The notes below the pieces were generated by a model. It made no database searches and was not told where the DNA came from. It saw only the letters and a list, made by a program, of their open reading frames with translations. The translations under genes and the position numbers were made by a program. A stretch of DNA of 64,000 bases, taken from Paramoeba atlantica. Taxonomy: Eukaryota > Protista > Discosea. Positions 52,265 through 62,596 of the stretch are shown here, piece by piece; position 1 is the first letter of the stretch, and every line of letters begins with the position of its first letter. The stretch is taken from the NCBI GenBank assembly GCA_977017575.1, contig CDRNVI010000012.1:62001-126000 (forward strand). The letters run 5' to 3'.

Positions 52265-53011
52265 CAGTGGTTTCAGTTGATCTTGCCCCCCATCGGAATT
52301 TTGATTTTTTTTTCCGTTTTTGCTCATCTTTGCAGCATTGGAGAGATCTCATTCCCCTAGCGAAGAGCTTTGCCGCCTTTTTTCATAGAGACCCCCTGGT
52401 GCCCCCTGGGTGACCCGAAAGTTGACCAAAATAACAACAAATGACATTTTTTTGCCCATGAAAAATAGAGCAAAAAACGGATTTTATGTCCAAAAGTTAA
52501 CTCTGAAGGCAAAGAACTAGTATCCGGAATGGCTTCCATTGTTTTGCAACACGCTTCGAAGTCTATTTGGGATTGAATCAATTGTGTTGCACACATTGTG
52601 GGGTTGTCTTCTCTTTTGTCATTACATTGTTCGACGCACTCCCCCTGTTTGGGGTATGAGGGTCTGATCTTCATAATGTAGAGGTGTTGACTAAATTGAA
52701 CTAGGCAATAGAGAGGGTACTAGACATAGAGCTTTCAAATTATCAATTTAGAACGCTATCACTCGTACTTACAAGTGCAAAATATACAGAAAATCGGGAA
52801 AATGTGGCAAAAAATGGTTGTGTACACAGAAAAACTCCGCAAAAACAGTTTTTTTGGACCCAGGGGGCACCAGGGGGTCTCTATGAAAAAACGGCGGCTA
52901 AGCTCTTCGCTAGGGGAACGAGATCTCTCCAATGCTGCAAAGATGAGCAAAAACGGATAAAAAAAATAAAAATTCCGAGGGAGGGGGGGGCAAGATCAAC
53001 TGAAACCACTG
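52265..53011. mobile_element. Tc1-type MITE (747 bp), about 150-bp TIRs, TA TSD
   Basis: TA|CAGTGGTTTCAGTTGATCTTGCCCCC ... GGGGGCAAGATCAACTGAAACCACTG|TA; inverted similarity continues to about 52413/52858. Confidence 0.9.
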
Positions 53012-53177
53012 TATATTCCTTGGAAATCGTTCGAGGAACGTGAATTACCGTGAAGGAATTTTTCTTTAAGAATCAGTAATCTCAGAGAAATACATAGAAA
53101 CGCGAAAGTATTATGTAGTAGTCCTGTAGTATTTCTTAGGTTCAGTAGTCCTTTTCTTTTAGGTACGTAACTAGCGC

Positions 53178-54323
53178 ATGACATTACCAGACAAACGGTT
53201 GGAAAGCCCGAATGAGGAGTCGAATGACACCTGGAATGATCAATTGTGCTTTCTTCGCACCGCAGAGTCTTTTCGGCTCTTGGAACAACGCAGCACAGAG
53301 TCGAGCGTCGAATGGTTTCGAAACTTTGAAAAGCTTTCAGCTCACCACAAGAGGCTCCTTGGAAAGGATCCTTTTATTCTACCTGAGCGCTTTGCGAAAG
53401 CTATTGCGAAGAATGCTTCCTTCTACAACCACGTGCTCAGCGCCTCTCACACCTTATATGACTCCTACTGGGGAACGCAATCACAGGATTTGCACAGACC
53501 ATCGCCGCTTATACCTTCGGTCTTGGACCTTGACAAGGCCGCCAGTACTTTGCGTCAGTTTGTTAGAGACTGGTCGCTTGAAGGAGAGGTAGAACGCTCT
53601 CAGTGTTACGGCCCACTGCTGAATAAACTCTGTGAGCTGTTTCCGGATGTTCCCCAACGCTCATCGATCCACATCTTGTTTCCTGGGGCAGGGTTAAGTC
53701 GTCTGAGCTTTGAGGCCGCGCTTCTTGGGTTCTACTCTCAGGGAAATGAGTTTTCCTACCACATGCTTATCGCAGGTCACTACGTGTTGAACTACTCCAT
53801 GATTGCGGAACAGCACTCTATTTACCCCTACATAGGCGCCAGCACTAACCACTTAAGTCGTGACGACCAGTTTCGTGAGATTCGCATTCCACATCGTACC
53901 ACACGCGATATGATAACCGAGAGGGAAGTCGCTGGGCATCCCGTGGGTTCCTTCTCCATGTGTGCGGGTGAGTTCGTTGAGGTGTATTCCAAACCCGATC
54001 AATTAGGAATGTGGAACGCGGTGGTAACTTGTTTTTTTGTGGACACCGCACACAATGTAATTGAGTACATTGAAACAATTTTTAACGCTCTGCGACCGGG
54101 TGGCAGTTGGATAAATCTTGGTCCATTGTTGTATCACTTTTCCGGTGAAAAGGATGAGGTTTCTGTGGAACTCACGCATGAAGAGATCTTGGAAGTCGCG
54201 CGCAACGTGGGCTTTCAGGTTGTAAGCGATGAGCTAGTGAATTGTACTTACACTGCGAATGTGAAAAGTATAAGACAAACGGTATATCGATCACAGTTCA
54301 CATGTCTTAAAAAGCCCGAGTAA
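53178..54323 (+). CDS. CARNMT1: Carnosine N-methyltransferase (N2227 family)
   Basis: LRQFVRDWSLEGEVER, LFPGAGLSRL, QGNEFSYHML, MCAGEFVEVY, TCFFVDTAHN, WINLGPLLYH. Confidence 0.85.
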   Translation: MTLPDKRLESPNEESNDTWNDQLCFLRTAESFRLLEQRSTESSVEWFRNFEKLSAHHKRLLGKDPFILPERFAKAIAKNASFYNHVLSASHTLYDSYWGTQSQDLHRPSPLIPSVLDLDKAASTLRQFVRDWSLEGEVERSQCYGPLLNKLCELFPDVPQRSSIHILFPGAGLSRLSFEAALLGFYSQGNEFSYHMLIAGHYVLNYSMIAEQHSIYPYIGASTNHLSRDDQFREIRIPHRTTRDMITEREVAGHPVGSFSMCAGEFVEVYSKPDQLGMWNAVVTCFFVDTAHNVIEYIETIFNALRPGGSWINLGPLLYHFSGEKDEVSVELTHEEILEVARNVGFQVVSDELVNCTYTANVKSIRQTVYRSQFTCLKKPE

Positions 54324-54644
54324 CTCTGAGTCTTGTTTATAACGTCTTCTACCGAGTTTGCATGAGTCTTACTGGCAATTACTTACTTGAACGCAAGGAG
54401 TTGAGTCCATGTTTTGAACCATTATTCCCGGCCAGTTAGATTTCCATGCTTAATTTGTTTTTCAGTATTGAATTTAAGGTGAGCGTTGGCTCTTTATTGC
54501 CATTCTTTATTAGTACTACTACTAATTTAGTAGATACACTTTGTTACAGGCCTTTGCAGGATAGACTACATGAGGGAATTTCATCTAAAACTAAGATTGT
54601 GCATGTCTTTAATTGAGTTTCCGTATCTTATAACTTCAAAGCAC

Positions 54645-56216
54645 ATGGGAACCTCGAAGTCCAACCGAAAAATGGCCAAAAGTGACATTCCAAAAATATC
54701 TGATAAGCTCGCTACAAGGCAATTATTGAGGAAGCAGTCCCAACAAGAGGTAAATTCGAACCGATCTTCAAAAAGACGTAGGAATCCTTCTGAATCTCAG
54801 CCGCGATTACATCGTCAGAGTGGTGCCGTAGACAAAATGAATACACGCTCTACTCGTGCTCGTTCCGTTTCTATTGCACCTGTACCTGAACATGGCTCTC
54901 GACGTGCAACACGAAGTAGTGCAGCTTTGAAAGAACCTCCAAGATCAATAAAAATGAAGACTACCTTGCCGGAATCTGTAAAAGAAAGAAAGGAGGTACA
55001 GGTAGAATCCAAAGAGTTGATTCAAAAAGCGTCGTCCAGTAAACTCACGAAAAACTGGAATCAGAATGGTGTAAAAGAAAAAGTTGATAAAAGAAAGCCG
55101 CCAGGAGAAAAGACGTGCAGGCTACCAGTACACTACGCCGTATGGGGTCGATTTGTGACTGAGGTGTTTCAAGTAAGAACTCCCGAACTTTATCGCTCCC
55201 TAAACATTGATTTTTTGAAATTGCAATCTTTTACAGAACGGCACCTTCATGTATGCTGTAATTTGTTTCGGACTTTGGACTCTCTGTCGCAACGTGTCTC
55301 TGCTGAAACGTCGTCAAATTCCGCTGTGCAATGGAAGGTATGCTGTGATCTTATCCGTGCTTTGCTGCCAATACGTACAGAGAGTTCATCCACATCAGTT
55401 TCGTCGTTGGTTATGAAAAGTATGTCTTTCTCATGTCCGATATTTCAACTGAAAAGCCTTTTATATCAATTTCATCGATGTATTTTAGCATGGTTTCACT
55501 ACCGTAATCCTGCTACTTTTGGCCACAAAGAAGTACATGTGAAAAATTCGTACATACGCTTGATACCGGAGGAAAAAGATGTTGACGCTATTCGCTTGAA
55601 ACTTTATTTGGATTCAAAGCGAAACATTCAGCGTCTTCTTGGAAATTCGTTTTCACATGGGGATTTAGACATAGAGCCTATAAGTTCTGCAAATTTCCCT
55701 TTCAGTCCTTTTGCTGTTTGGGTTCCCACCCCCTTCGAAACGCACCGTTTCTTACTTCAGCTTTCATGTCCTAATGTGAAAATCGATTCAATACTATTTG
55801 ATATTTCTCTGGCTTCGAAACACATGGAAAGCCAAACCACAATTGCGTACGTCGCGATGGGGTGCGTAGAACTTGCCGGATATTTTGTTCACAGCTCTTC
55901 ACCGCAACTTCCATGCTGTAAGTCACCGTTCGAACAATGCGCTTATCATCGTATGTCATTGGGTGTCTTTCTCACCCCTTTGGATGCTTATCTTGCACTC
56001 ACCGGATCTTTAGATTCCAAAGAGAAAGAAACCTTGAAAAAGGTCTTTGTAATTGCATGTCGCGTACGCAAAAATATTCTTGATGAAATATCTGTCCAAC
56101 GAAAAGAATGTCTTCCTTATTTATCTGCTCAGTGTACGGCGACAGAATCCCAGCCTCTCGATGTTCAAGAGTTATTACCACAATACGTGATTGCACGCAT
56201 TTCACAAGAAATATGA
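54645..56216 (+). CDS. Hypothetical protein with basic disordered N-terminus
   Basis: Long uninterrupted + strand ORF in the cluster; no family recognised. Confidence 0.55.
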   Translation: MGTSKSNRKMAKSDIPKISDKLATRQLLRKQSQQEVNSNRSSKRRRNPSESQPRLHRQSGAVDKMNTRSTRARSVSIAPVPEHGSRRATRSSAALKEPPRSIKMKTTLPESVKERKEVQVESKELIQKASSSKLTKNWNQNGVKEKVDKRKPPGEKTCRLPVHYAVWGRFVTEVFQVRTPELYRSLNIDFLKLQSFTERHLHVCCNLFRTLDSLSQRVSAETSSNSAVQWKVCCDLIRALLPIRTESSSTSVSSLVMKSMSFSCPIFQLKSLLYQFHRCILAWFHYRNPATFGHKEVHVKNSYIRLIPEEKDVDAIRLKLYLDSKRNIQRLLGNSFSHGDLDIEPISSANFPFSPFAVWVPTPFETHRFLLQLSCPNVKIDSILFDISLASKHMESQTTIAYVAMGCVELAGYFVHSSSPQLPCCKSPFEQCAYHRMSLGVFLTPLDAYLALTGSLDSKEKETLKKVFVIACRVRKNILDEISVQRKECLPYLSAQCTATESQPLDVQELLPQYVIARISQEI

Positions 56217-56396
56217 AAAAGCAGTCCAGAGTTTCTGATCTTTCTGAGAATTAAATGAGTAGCGTATTCTTAAATTATTTGTTTCATAAATACAATGTGT
56301 CTTACTTTTGTCCAACAATTTGTCTGATTCTTAATTTTACACTTCACTAAACATATTATTGTTGAACAAGCATCATTTACTGGTTGTATTCTGTAA

Positions 56397-57515
56397 ATGG
56401 AAGGTGAAAGTGAACATGCCCTTTCGCAGAGTGCCGAGTCAACTTCGGCGGAAGAATCGGACACTTCCGTTACCTCCTCAAGTACGTTGGGGTCTACCAT
56501 AAACAGCGCCTCCTCCATCGAAGAGCAAGACCAAAAAGATAAAGAGACGGAGGAAGACGACACAACGAAGGACGCGGATCCCAACATTCAAACCCCCCAC
56601 GACCTGCAAACCGTCCGCCATAACGCGGCCCAGAAACTACAGGACGCCCTCGACCCGGTCTCTTCCCGTGTCCGTGATAAAACCGCTCTTGCCGCTGCCG
56701 TTAACCTGTACTTCCACGTGCTGCACTTTCAGACCCGAGCGTTAGGAGAGACGCACCCGGAGTGTGCTGCGTCGTATTTCGACTACGCCAACTGCTTCTT
56801 CCGTCTGCTTCAAAAATCTCTCGACGACGGGGACAAAGATGAGCGAGAGGATGAAAACACACGAGAGGACTGGGATGTGGTCACGGAGTGTTTGTTCCGG
56901 GCGCTCTCCGGGGCACAGCGTCGAGGAGACCCTGAGCTCACCTCCAAGTCACTCCACACGCTGTGCAGCGCGTATGTGGAGAGAGAGGACTTTAAGGCAG
57001 CGCGAGATATTGCGGAGCGCCGGGGGAGGGAGTGTCCCAGCACGGAGGGGACGCTACAGCTCGCACAGACGTACCTGTTGTGTGAGCAGTACACCTCCGC
57101 ACTTGCGGCGCTGGCTCCGTTGCGACGGGAAGGTACAGAGCTGAGTGAGACGCAAAAAGAGCAACTGGAGGAGATGGAGGAATTGTTAAAGGAGAACGAC
57201 CCGACGAAGCTGAAGTGGGAGATCAGAGGTTTAGCCAAAAGTGTTAAGGTGGCGCACACGAGCCTGAATCCTGCCACGGGGAATGTGATCTCGGTGTTTC
57301 AAACCACGGCACGTATCGATAACCAGAATACATTATCCACAACGAATTCAGCAAACAACGTGGCAAAAGTAACGCACGTGGCTCGCTCTAAAAGATCAGC
57401 GGACGAGGCTTGCGTCACTCGTACCGAAACTCACTCCGAAAAAGAGGCAGAAACTGCAACTCAGAATACCCACACTAGTTCAGGAAACTCGGCAAAGACA
57501 TTGCGTGTGGATTGA
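56397..57515 (+). CDS. NASP/Hif1-like TPR histone chaperone
   Basis: LGETHPECAASYFDYAN, EDWDVVTECL, acidic N-terminus. Confidence 0.55.
   Translation: MEGESEHALSQSAESTSAEESDTSVTSSSTLGSTINSASSIEEQDQKDKETEEDDTTKDADPNIQTPHDLQTVRHNAAQKLQDALDPVSSRVRDKTALAAAVNLYFHVLHFQTRALGETHPECAASYFDYANCFFRLLQKSLDDGDKDEREDENTREDWDVVTECLFRALSGAQRRGDPELTSKSLHTLCSAYVEREDFKAARDIAERRGRECPSTEGTLQLAQTYLLCEQYTSALAALAPLRREGTELSETQKEQLEEMEELLKENDPTKLKWEIRGLAKSVKVAHTSLNPATGNVISVFQTTARIDNQNTLSTTNSANNVAKVTHVARSKRSADEACVTRTETHSEKEAETATQNTHTSSGNSAKTLRVD
56500..57240. other. C-rich to G-rich skew-flip island, moderate (flip about 56800)
   Basis: C-rich 56560-56760, G-rich 56850-57230. Confidence 0.6.
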
Positions 57516-57653
57516 TTTTTGTGTGTTGAATCCCTTTATTTTTTTCCGTTAGTTCGCGTGACTAGTTTTCTTTAGATTAATCAGAAGTGTAGTATTCATT
57601 ATTTTCTTACTTTCACTAGAGTTACTTTCTTTTCAGAGAGCCCACATATCAAT

Positions 57654-58118
57654 ATGTCCACAGAGGAGCGTACTTTTATTGCTGTAAAGCCTGACGGAGT
57701 ACAGCGCGGGCTAGTCGGCGAAATCATTAAACGGTTTGAAGTCAAGGGATACAAACTGATGGCACTGAAACTGATCCAACCCACCCTGGAGCAAACCTTT
57801 GAGCACTATATTGACCTGAAGGGTAAGAAGTTTTACCCCAGCTTATGTTCCTACATCGCAAACGGCCCTATTGTGGGTATGGTGTGGCAGGGCTTAGGTG
57901 CGGTCAAAGGTGGACGCACACTTTTGGGAGCCACACGTCCCGAGGATTCCCTTCCCGGGACAATTCGTGGCGATCTCTGCATAGACGTGGGTCGCAACAT
58001 CTGTCACGGAAGTGATAGCGTAGAGAGCGCGGAGAAGGAAATTGCGTTGTGGTTCAAGCCAGAAGAGCTTGTAGATTGGAAAAGCCACAGTCAGCCGTGG
58101 GTGTATGAAAGTGCGTGA
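57654..58118 (+). CDS. NDK: Nucleoside diphosphate kinase
   Basis: [38 protein letters not shown]. Confidence 0.97.
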   Translation: MSTEERTFIAVKPDGVQRGLVGEIIKRFEVKGYKLMALKLIQPTLEQTFEHYIDLKGKKFYPSLCSYIANGPIVGMVWQGLGAVKGGRTLLGATRPEDSLPGTIRGDLCIDVGRNICHGSDSVESAEKEIALWFKPEELVDWKSHSQPWVYESA

Positions 58119-58632
58119 GTGAGAGAACGTCGAAAGGTCGAAATGAAATTGGGCGCGTTGTATCAAATTACGTGATGTACGGATTGGTAAATGTATGGTA
58201 TCTTGAGCCGGATTGGAGATTGAAAAAATCCTTAAATTCAAAAGCAATGAAGCGAAATACAGAATGTCCATAACTTTTAGTAATTGAAGTTTGTGATGCA
58301 AGAGTATAAATGTATGCATTTTTAGAGTTATAAATGTATGCATTTCTTAGTATGTTTTATGAAGAAAGAGCAATTATTCACTGACAATTCTCTTTTACAT
58401 TCTATGAATGCGAATCTACCTGTCTGATCATTTGTAATGTCCTTGCGTAATTTATTTAGGCAGCCTACGCCTTTCCACTTTTCAGTTACACAATGTGCTG
58501 TCGAAGAAATCAGTGTTCTGGATCGTAGGTATCTACACTTTTAGCAGCACGCTGTAGAATAAGATTTTATTAACTCGGATCCAGCATTTTCTGCGGCACA
58601 TCTGATCTAAGAGTCGCTGTTTCCTCTGCTGT

Positions 58633-60627
58633 ATGTCAGTTGTGTGTCTGGGAACGGATACACCTAATGCGGTGCCTCCCCTTCTCTTTACCATAGAAAA
58701 CGCTTACTATTTGATATATTGCCCGGAAGGTACACAGCGCTATTGCGCCGAGAGACACCATCACTTGGCTCACAACGGACGTCTACGCGTTGTGATTCTC
58801 CCCTGTATGTGCCCAGGTTGTATTTTTGGACTGCCTGGTCTGTACATCACACTTTGCGAAGTAGCAACCGAGCACAGAGATCTCATCGTGCTATGTAGCA
58901 ATGTCTCCACTCGAGTGGCTGCGGAGGCTTGGTGGGAGGCCTGTTCCTTTGCTTTACAAAACGTACAGCGCCCTTTGGGGGTGAAGTTTACCGAAACAGT
59001 TTATGCTGATGATAAAGTTAGGTTTCAGTTTCTCTCTACAGGAGAATCTTCCACCACTCAGTGGCCATACGGCATATGCCCTCTACTGATTGAGATTCCT
59101 GCTCGAGCAGGGACCTTCAACGTTTCTGCCGCAAAAGCTCTTGGAGTTTTACCAGGACCGAAGTATAGTCTGTTGAAAACGGGATGCAGCGTTCAAAGTG
59201 ATGAGCGTCCCGATTTTGTGGTGCATCCGCATCAAGTGTTGGGACGTCCGGATCCTGTGCAACATGCTCTAATTTATCATGGATATATTCCTAAGCTTGT
59301 AGCACAGGTTCAAAATATGAACATTACTCTATCAATCGACACTAAGTATAATATAGCGAGCGAACCAAGTATTCATTTCGCTTCCTCGACTAGGTGGCGT
59401 CTAGACCCTTCTACGTGGCACAGCTGCTTTCGAGACTCCGACATCGTACATCGTAGACTGCATTCACTTGACCCCCTCAGCTTTCCTCGGACCCATTTTC
59501 AAGTTGCCTTTAAACACGATCATGAAGCTTTCTCAGATTCCCCACAATGGTATTGGATGAAACCAGGCCTACGATATATATTTCATTCCTCTAGGAAAAA
59601 GAAAACAGTCCCGTCAGAATCCTACGTGGAATCTGGTTTATTTTCAGTGGAAAAGAATGGTACAACCTTTTCTGATAGCCTGACATTGAGTGTTGCAAAG
59701 GGGGTTACAGGACTGTGTCATGGTCCTGTTCTTTTGATATTGGGTTCCGGTTGCGCGGTTCCCTCGGTGTTTCGGAACGTGACGTGTAATCTTCTTCTAT
59801 TTGAGTTCAACCACAAAAGATACATTGTTATAATAGACTGCGGAGAAGGTAGCCTCGGGCAGTTGCGCCGCATGTACGATATTAAACCTTTTATGTCATG
59901 GGCCGATGAAATTGCGATTCTTTGCACTCATGGACATGCAGATCATCATTTTGGTCTTTGGAGCTTCCTTTTTGAAATACTCTACAAAGGTCTTAACGGA
60001 CAATCATCTCCCAGCATCACTCTCTTTCTTCCCCCTTCGATGTTAGCGTACGCATCCTGCTGTTTGAATCACATAAGTATATGGACTAGCCGTACAGAAA
60101 CAATCAAGTGTCTTTCTCTTCCTCGAAATGGAGGAATAGTTACGAATTGGTTACACTGCGTTCGAGTTCTTCATCCTTCCGATTCGTACGGATTCGTACT
60201 TTCTTTGAATGGAAGAAAATTTGTTTTTTCGGGAGATACTCGTCCATGCTCTACTCTCATTAATGCAGGAAAGGACGCAGATTGGCTTATTCATGAAGCT
60301 ACATTTCTTCCCTCAGAACAGGAAGATGCTCATTCAAAGTTTCATTCTACAATAACAGAAGCAATAGATGTGGCGCGTGCAATGAAAGCTAAATTTTCTC
60401 TATTTACTCACTTCTCTCAGCGCTACACGAAGCACATGGGGTTGTTTACAGACTTTCTTTTGGGGGAGCCAATGGGACTTACCACAGATATGGTCCGCAT
60501 TAATCTGCACGAACCAATCCCAACGGTATTAATGGGGAAAATAATTGTCAGCGAGATCGAAAAACAATTTCGAAAAGAAATTTCTTCGGAAAGAACAGAC
60601 GAGAAGGAACAATTTATGGACTACTAA
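58633..60627 (+). CDS. TRZ1: RNase Z long form (ELAC2/Trz1)
   Basis: CPEGTQR, GSGCAVPS..RN, DCGEGS, HGHADH, SGDTRP, HEATF, THFSQRY. Confidence 0.9.
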   Translation: MSVVCLGTDTPNAVPPLLFTIENAYYLIYCPEGTQRYCAERHHHLAHNGRLRVVILPCMCPGCIFGLPGLYITLCEVATEHRDLIVLCSNVSTRVAAEAWWEACSFALQNVQRPLGVKFTETVYADDKVRFQFLSTGESSTTQWPYGICPLLIEIPARAGTFNVSAAKALGVLPGPKYSLLKTGCSVQSDERPDFVVHPHQVLGRPDPVQHALIYHGYIPKLVAQVQNMNITLSIDTKYNIASEPSIHFASSTRWRLDPSTWHSCFRDSDIVHRRLHSLDPLSFPRTHFQVAFKHDHEAFSDSPQWYWMKPGLRYIFHSSRKKKTVPSESYVESGLFSVEKNGTTFSDSLTLSVAKGVTGLCHGPVLLILGSGCAVPSVFRNVTCNLLLFEFNHKRYIVIIDCGEGSLGQLRRMYDIKPFMSWADEIAILCTHGHADHHFGLWSFLFEILYKGLNGQSSPSITLFLPPSMLAYASCCLNHISIWTSRTETIKCLSLPRNGGIVTNWLHCVRVLHPSDSYGFVLSLNGRKFVFSGDTRPCSTLINAGKDADWLIHEATFLPSEQEDAHSKFHSTITEAIDVARAMKAKFSLFTHFSQRYTKHMGLFTDFLLGEPMGLTTDMVRINLHEPIPTVLMGKIIVSEIEKQFRKEISSERTDEKEQFMDY

Positions 60628-60855
60628 ATCGATCCATCTCTATTTCATAAAAACTTAAGTACCACCAGACGAAGGTACCACCAGATGAAGGCACATGACG
60701 TCCACCCCCTTTTCTGTCATAAAAGAGAGAACTTGACAAAGCAGTGAACAACAAAATATTGCCGTGGTTGTATAACTACCGCTCTACCCTCGATTATTGA
60801 AAAAAAAAGTGAACAAAAACAGTGAAAATATAAAGAGGTACACAGTAATACAATA

Positions 60856-61150
60856 CCGTATACCCCCCCAGTAAGATACCGCCCCCCAGTAAGAGAGATT
60901 TGGCCCTTTTTGGTCTGACCCCCAGTAAGAAAGATTTGGCTCGGGAGCCCCACAGGGGGCGTATAGAGGGTAGGGGGTGGGTGTCTGCATGTTGGGGGGC
61001 TCCGGGGGTAAGCATTTTAACACGTTTTCACAAGAAAAAATGTAAAAAATAGACAAAAAAATTGGGAGAAAAGAGGAAACTTGCCAAAAAAGCATACCCC
61101 CCCAGTAAGAGAGATTTGTCCATTTCGACCCAAAACCCATTCTCTTACGG
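60856..61150. mobile_element. MITE segment of the TA|CCGTATACCCCCCAGTAAG family
   Basis: Four CCCCCCAGTAAG-type motifs; homologous to 24570-24656. Confidence 0.65.
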
Positions 61151-61651
61151 CAGAAGAAAAATATATAAAAGGGGCTCCGGTGGTCCAAAAATTTTCAAAA
61201 AAAATCGGACCCTTGGGGAATCCAGGGAGGGGTCCATGGGGGCATACCGAACGAATTTTTTTTGAAAAAAATACTTTTCAAAAAAAAAGCGCAGAAGGGG
61301 TAGCCGGGGTCTTGGCACGCATTTTCCACCCCCCAACCCGGGGGTGACCCCCCCGCGTATACGCAGGCCAGGTCCGCCAGGTTCGGATTTTTTCGGAAAA
61401 AAAAAATTGAAAAACATTTCACTTTGGCGAAAAAAATGGCAAAAACAATATTTTTTCGAAATCATTTCTCCTGTTGTATTTTGGGATCTATACTAGCTTT
61501 CTCCGCAGTTGCTCTTACCAGACACCCCTTCTTCGAGCCTTGGTATGCCACCCAATATGACCCATTTTTGAGTAAAACATGCGAAAAAGTATTTCAAAAA
61601 AATCACCCCATTTTCACCCGAAAATCGGCCATTTTTGGCTATGATCTTTCC

Positions 61652-61820
61652 GTTTTCTTCAGCTTTCCAGGCAAAAGTTTCTTTTTTAGGCTCTTGGTTA
61701 AATGCTGTGGTAGTTTTCAACTTAGAAGTCACTCATGCTGCGCGCTTCGCGTTGAAAACTACCACAGCATTTAACCAAGAGCCTGAAAAAGAAACTTTTG
61801 CCTGGAAAGCTGAAGAAAAC
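61652..61820. repeat. Foldback hairpin 1: 70-bp arms, 1 mismatch, 29-nt loop
   Basis: 61652-61721 is the reverse complement of 61751-61820. Confidence 0.92.
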
Positions 61821-61876
61821 CGAATGGAACAAATAACTAAATAAAAACAGTGAAAATATAAAGAACACGGTAATAT

Positions 61877-62070
61877 AACCTAGGCTAAAGTGGACGAGGG
61901 AGATACTAAAAACACCTCAGGCAAACCACCACAAAAATGCAACGGTATCTCCCGATTTGTAAAGGATTCTGATGGGACAAAAGAATCTTTAACGGGAGAT
62001 ACTGTTGCATTTTTGTGGTGGTTTGCCCGAGGTGTTTTTAGTATCTCCCTCGTCCACTTTAGCCTGGGTT
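61877..62070. repeat. Foldback hairpin 2: about 78-bp arms, 3 mismatches
   Basis: 61877-61954 is the reverse complement of 61993-62070. Confidence 0.92.
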
Positions 62071-62596
62071 TGTTCACTTTTTTTTCAAAAATCGACGGCA
62101 GACAGATAGCTCACAAAAATGTAAGTTAATGAAAAAAAAATGTAAGTTAATGAGAAAGGTCATTACCCCAAGCTGCATGAACAGCTCATTTAGACACTAG
62201 TCGTGCTAATTCTTCTCTTGTTAATTCCATTGGAATTTCTATTGAAGTATTTCTCGAAAAATGTAACAACCACCGGCAGACAAACAGCGCACAGTCATTC
62301 GAACCATTACTTTGAGTCAGATCATATCCAGGAAATAACTTCCAAGTCACCTTGCCCCCCCAAAAATGTCTATCATGGAAACTTTTACCGAACTTAAAAT
62401 TTCGTTTCGCCTTTTTGGGCTATGAAATGGAAGGGAATCAAACCACGGTAGGTCACCTCCGTCTCGTTTTTCATTTGGGAACGCTAAGCATATAGCAAAA
62501 TGGCAGTCGAAGTAAAAAGGCATAGCAATCCGGTTAGCTTCAAGCATTCTTGTCCTTATCTCTCCACCTATGCTTGAATTGCTATCCACAAATTTT

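Larger units (their letters stand above)
60790..62095. repeat. Composite block bounded by about 27-bp inverted repeats, with a roughly 38-bp direct repeat inside
   Basis: TCGATTATTG-A9-GTGAACAA vs TTGTTCAC-T8-CAAAAATCGA; AAAAACAGTGAAAATATAAAGA at 60815 and 61843. Confidence 0.7.

Noticed and set aside
1692-54645. TTG/GTG or far-upstream starts from the ORF track (1692, 3188, 14340, 30097, 45281, 54570)
   Set aside because: The extensions translate AT-rich or pyrimidine-rich intergenic sequence; downstream ATGs fit family N-termini better
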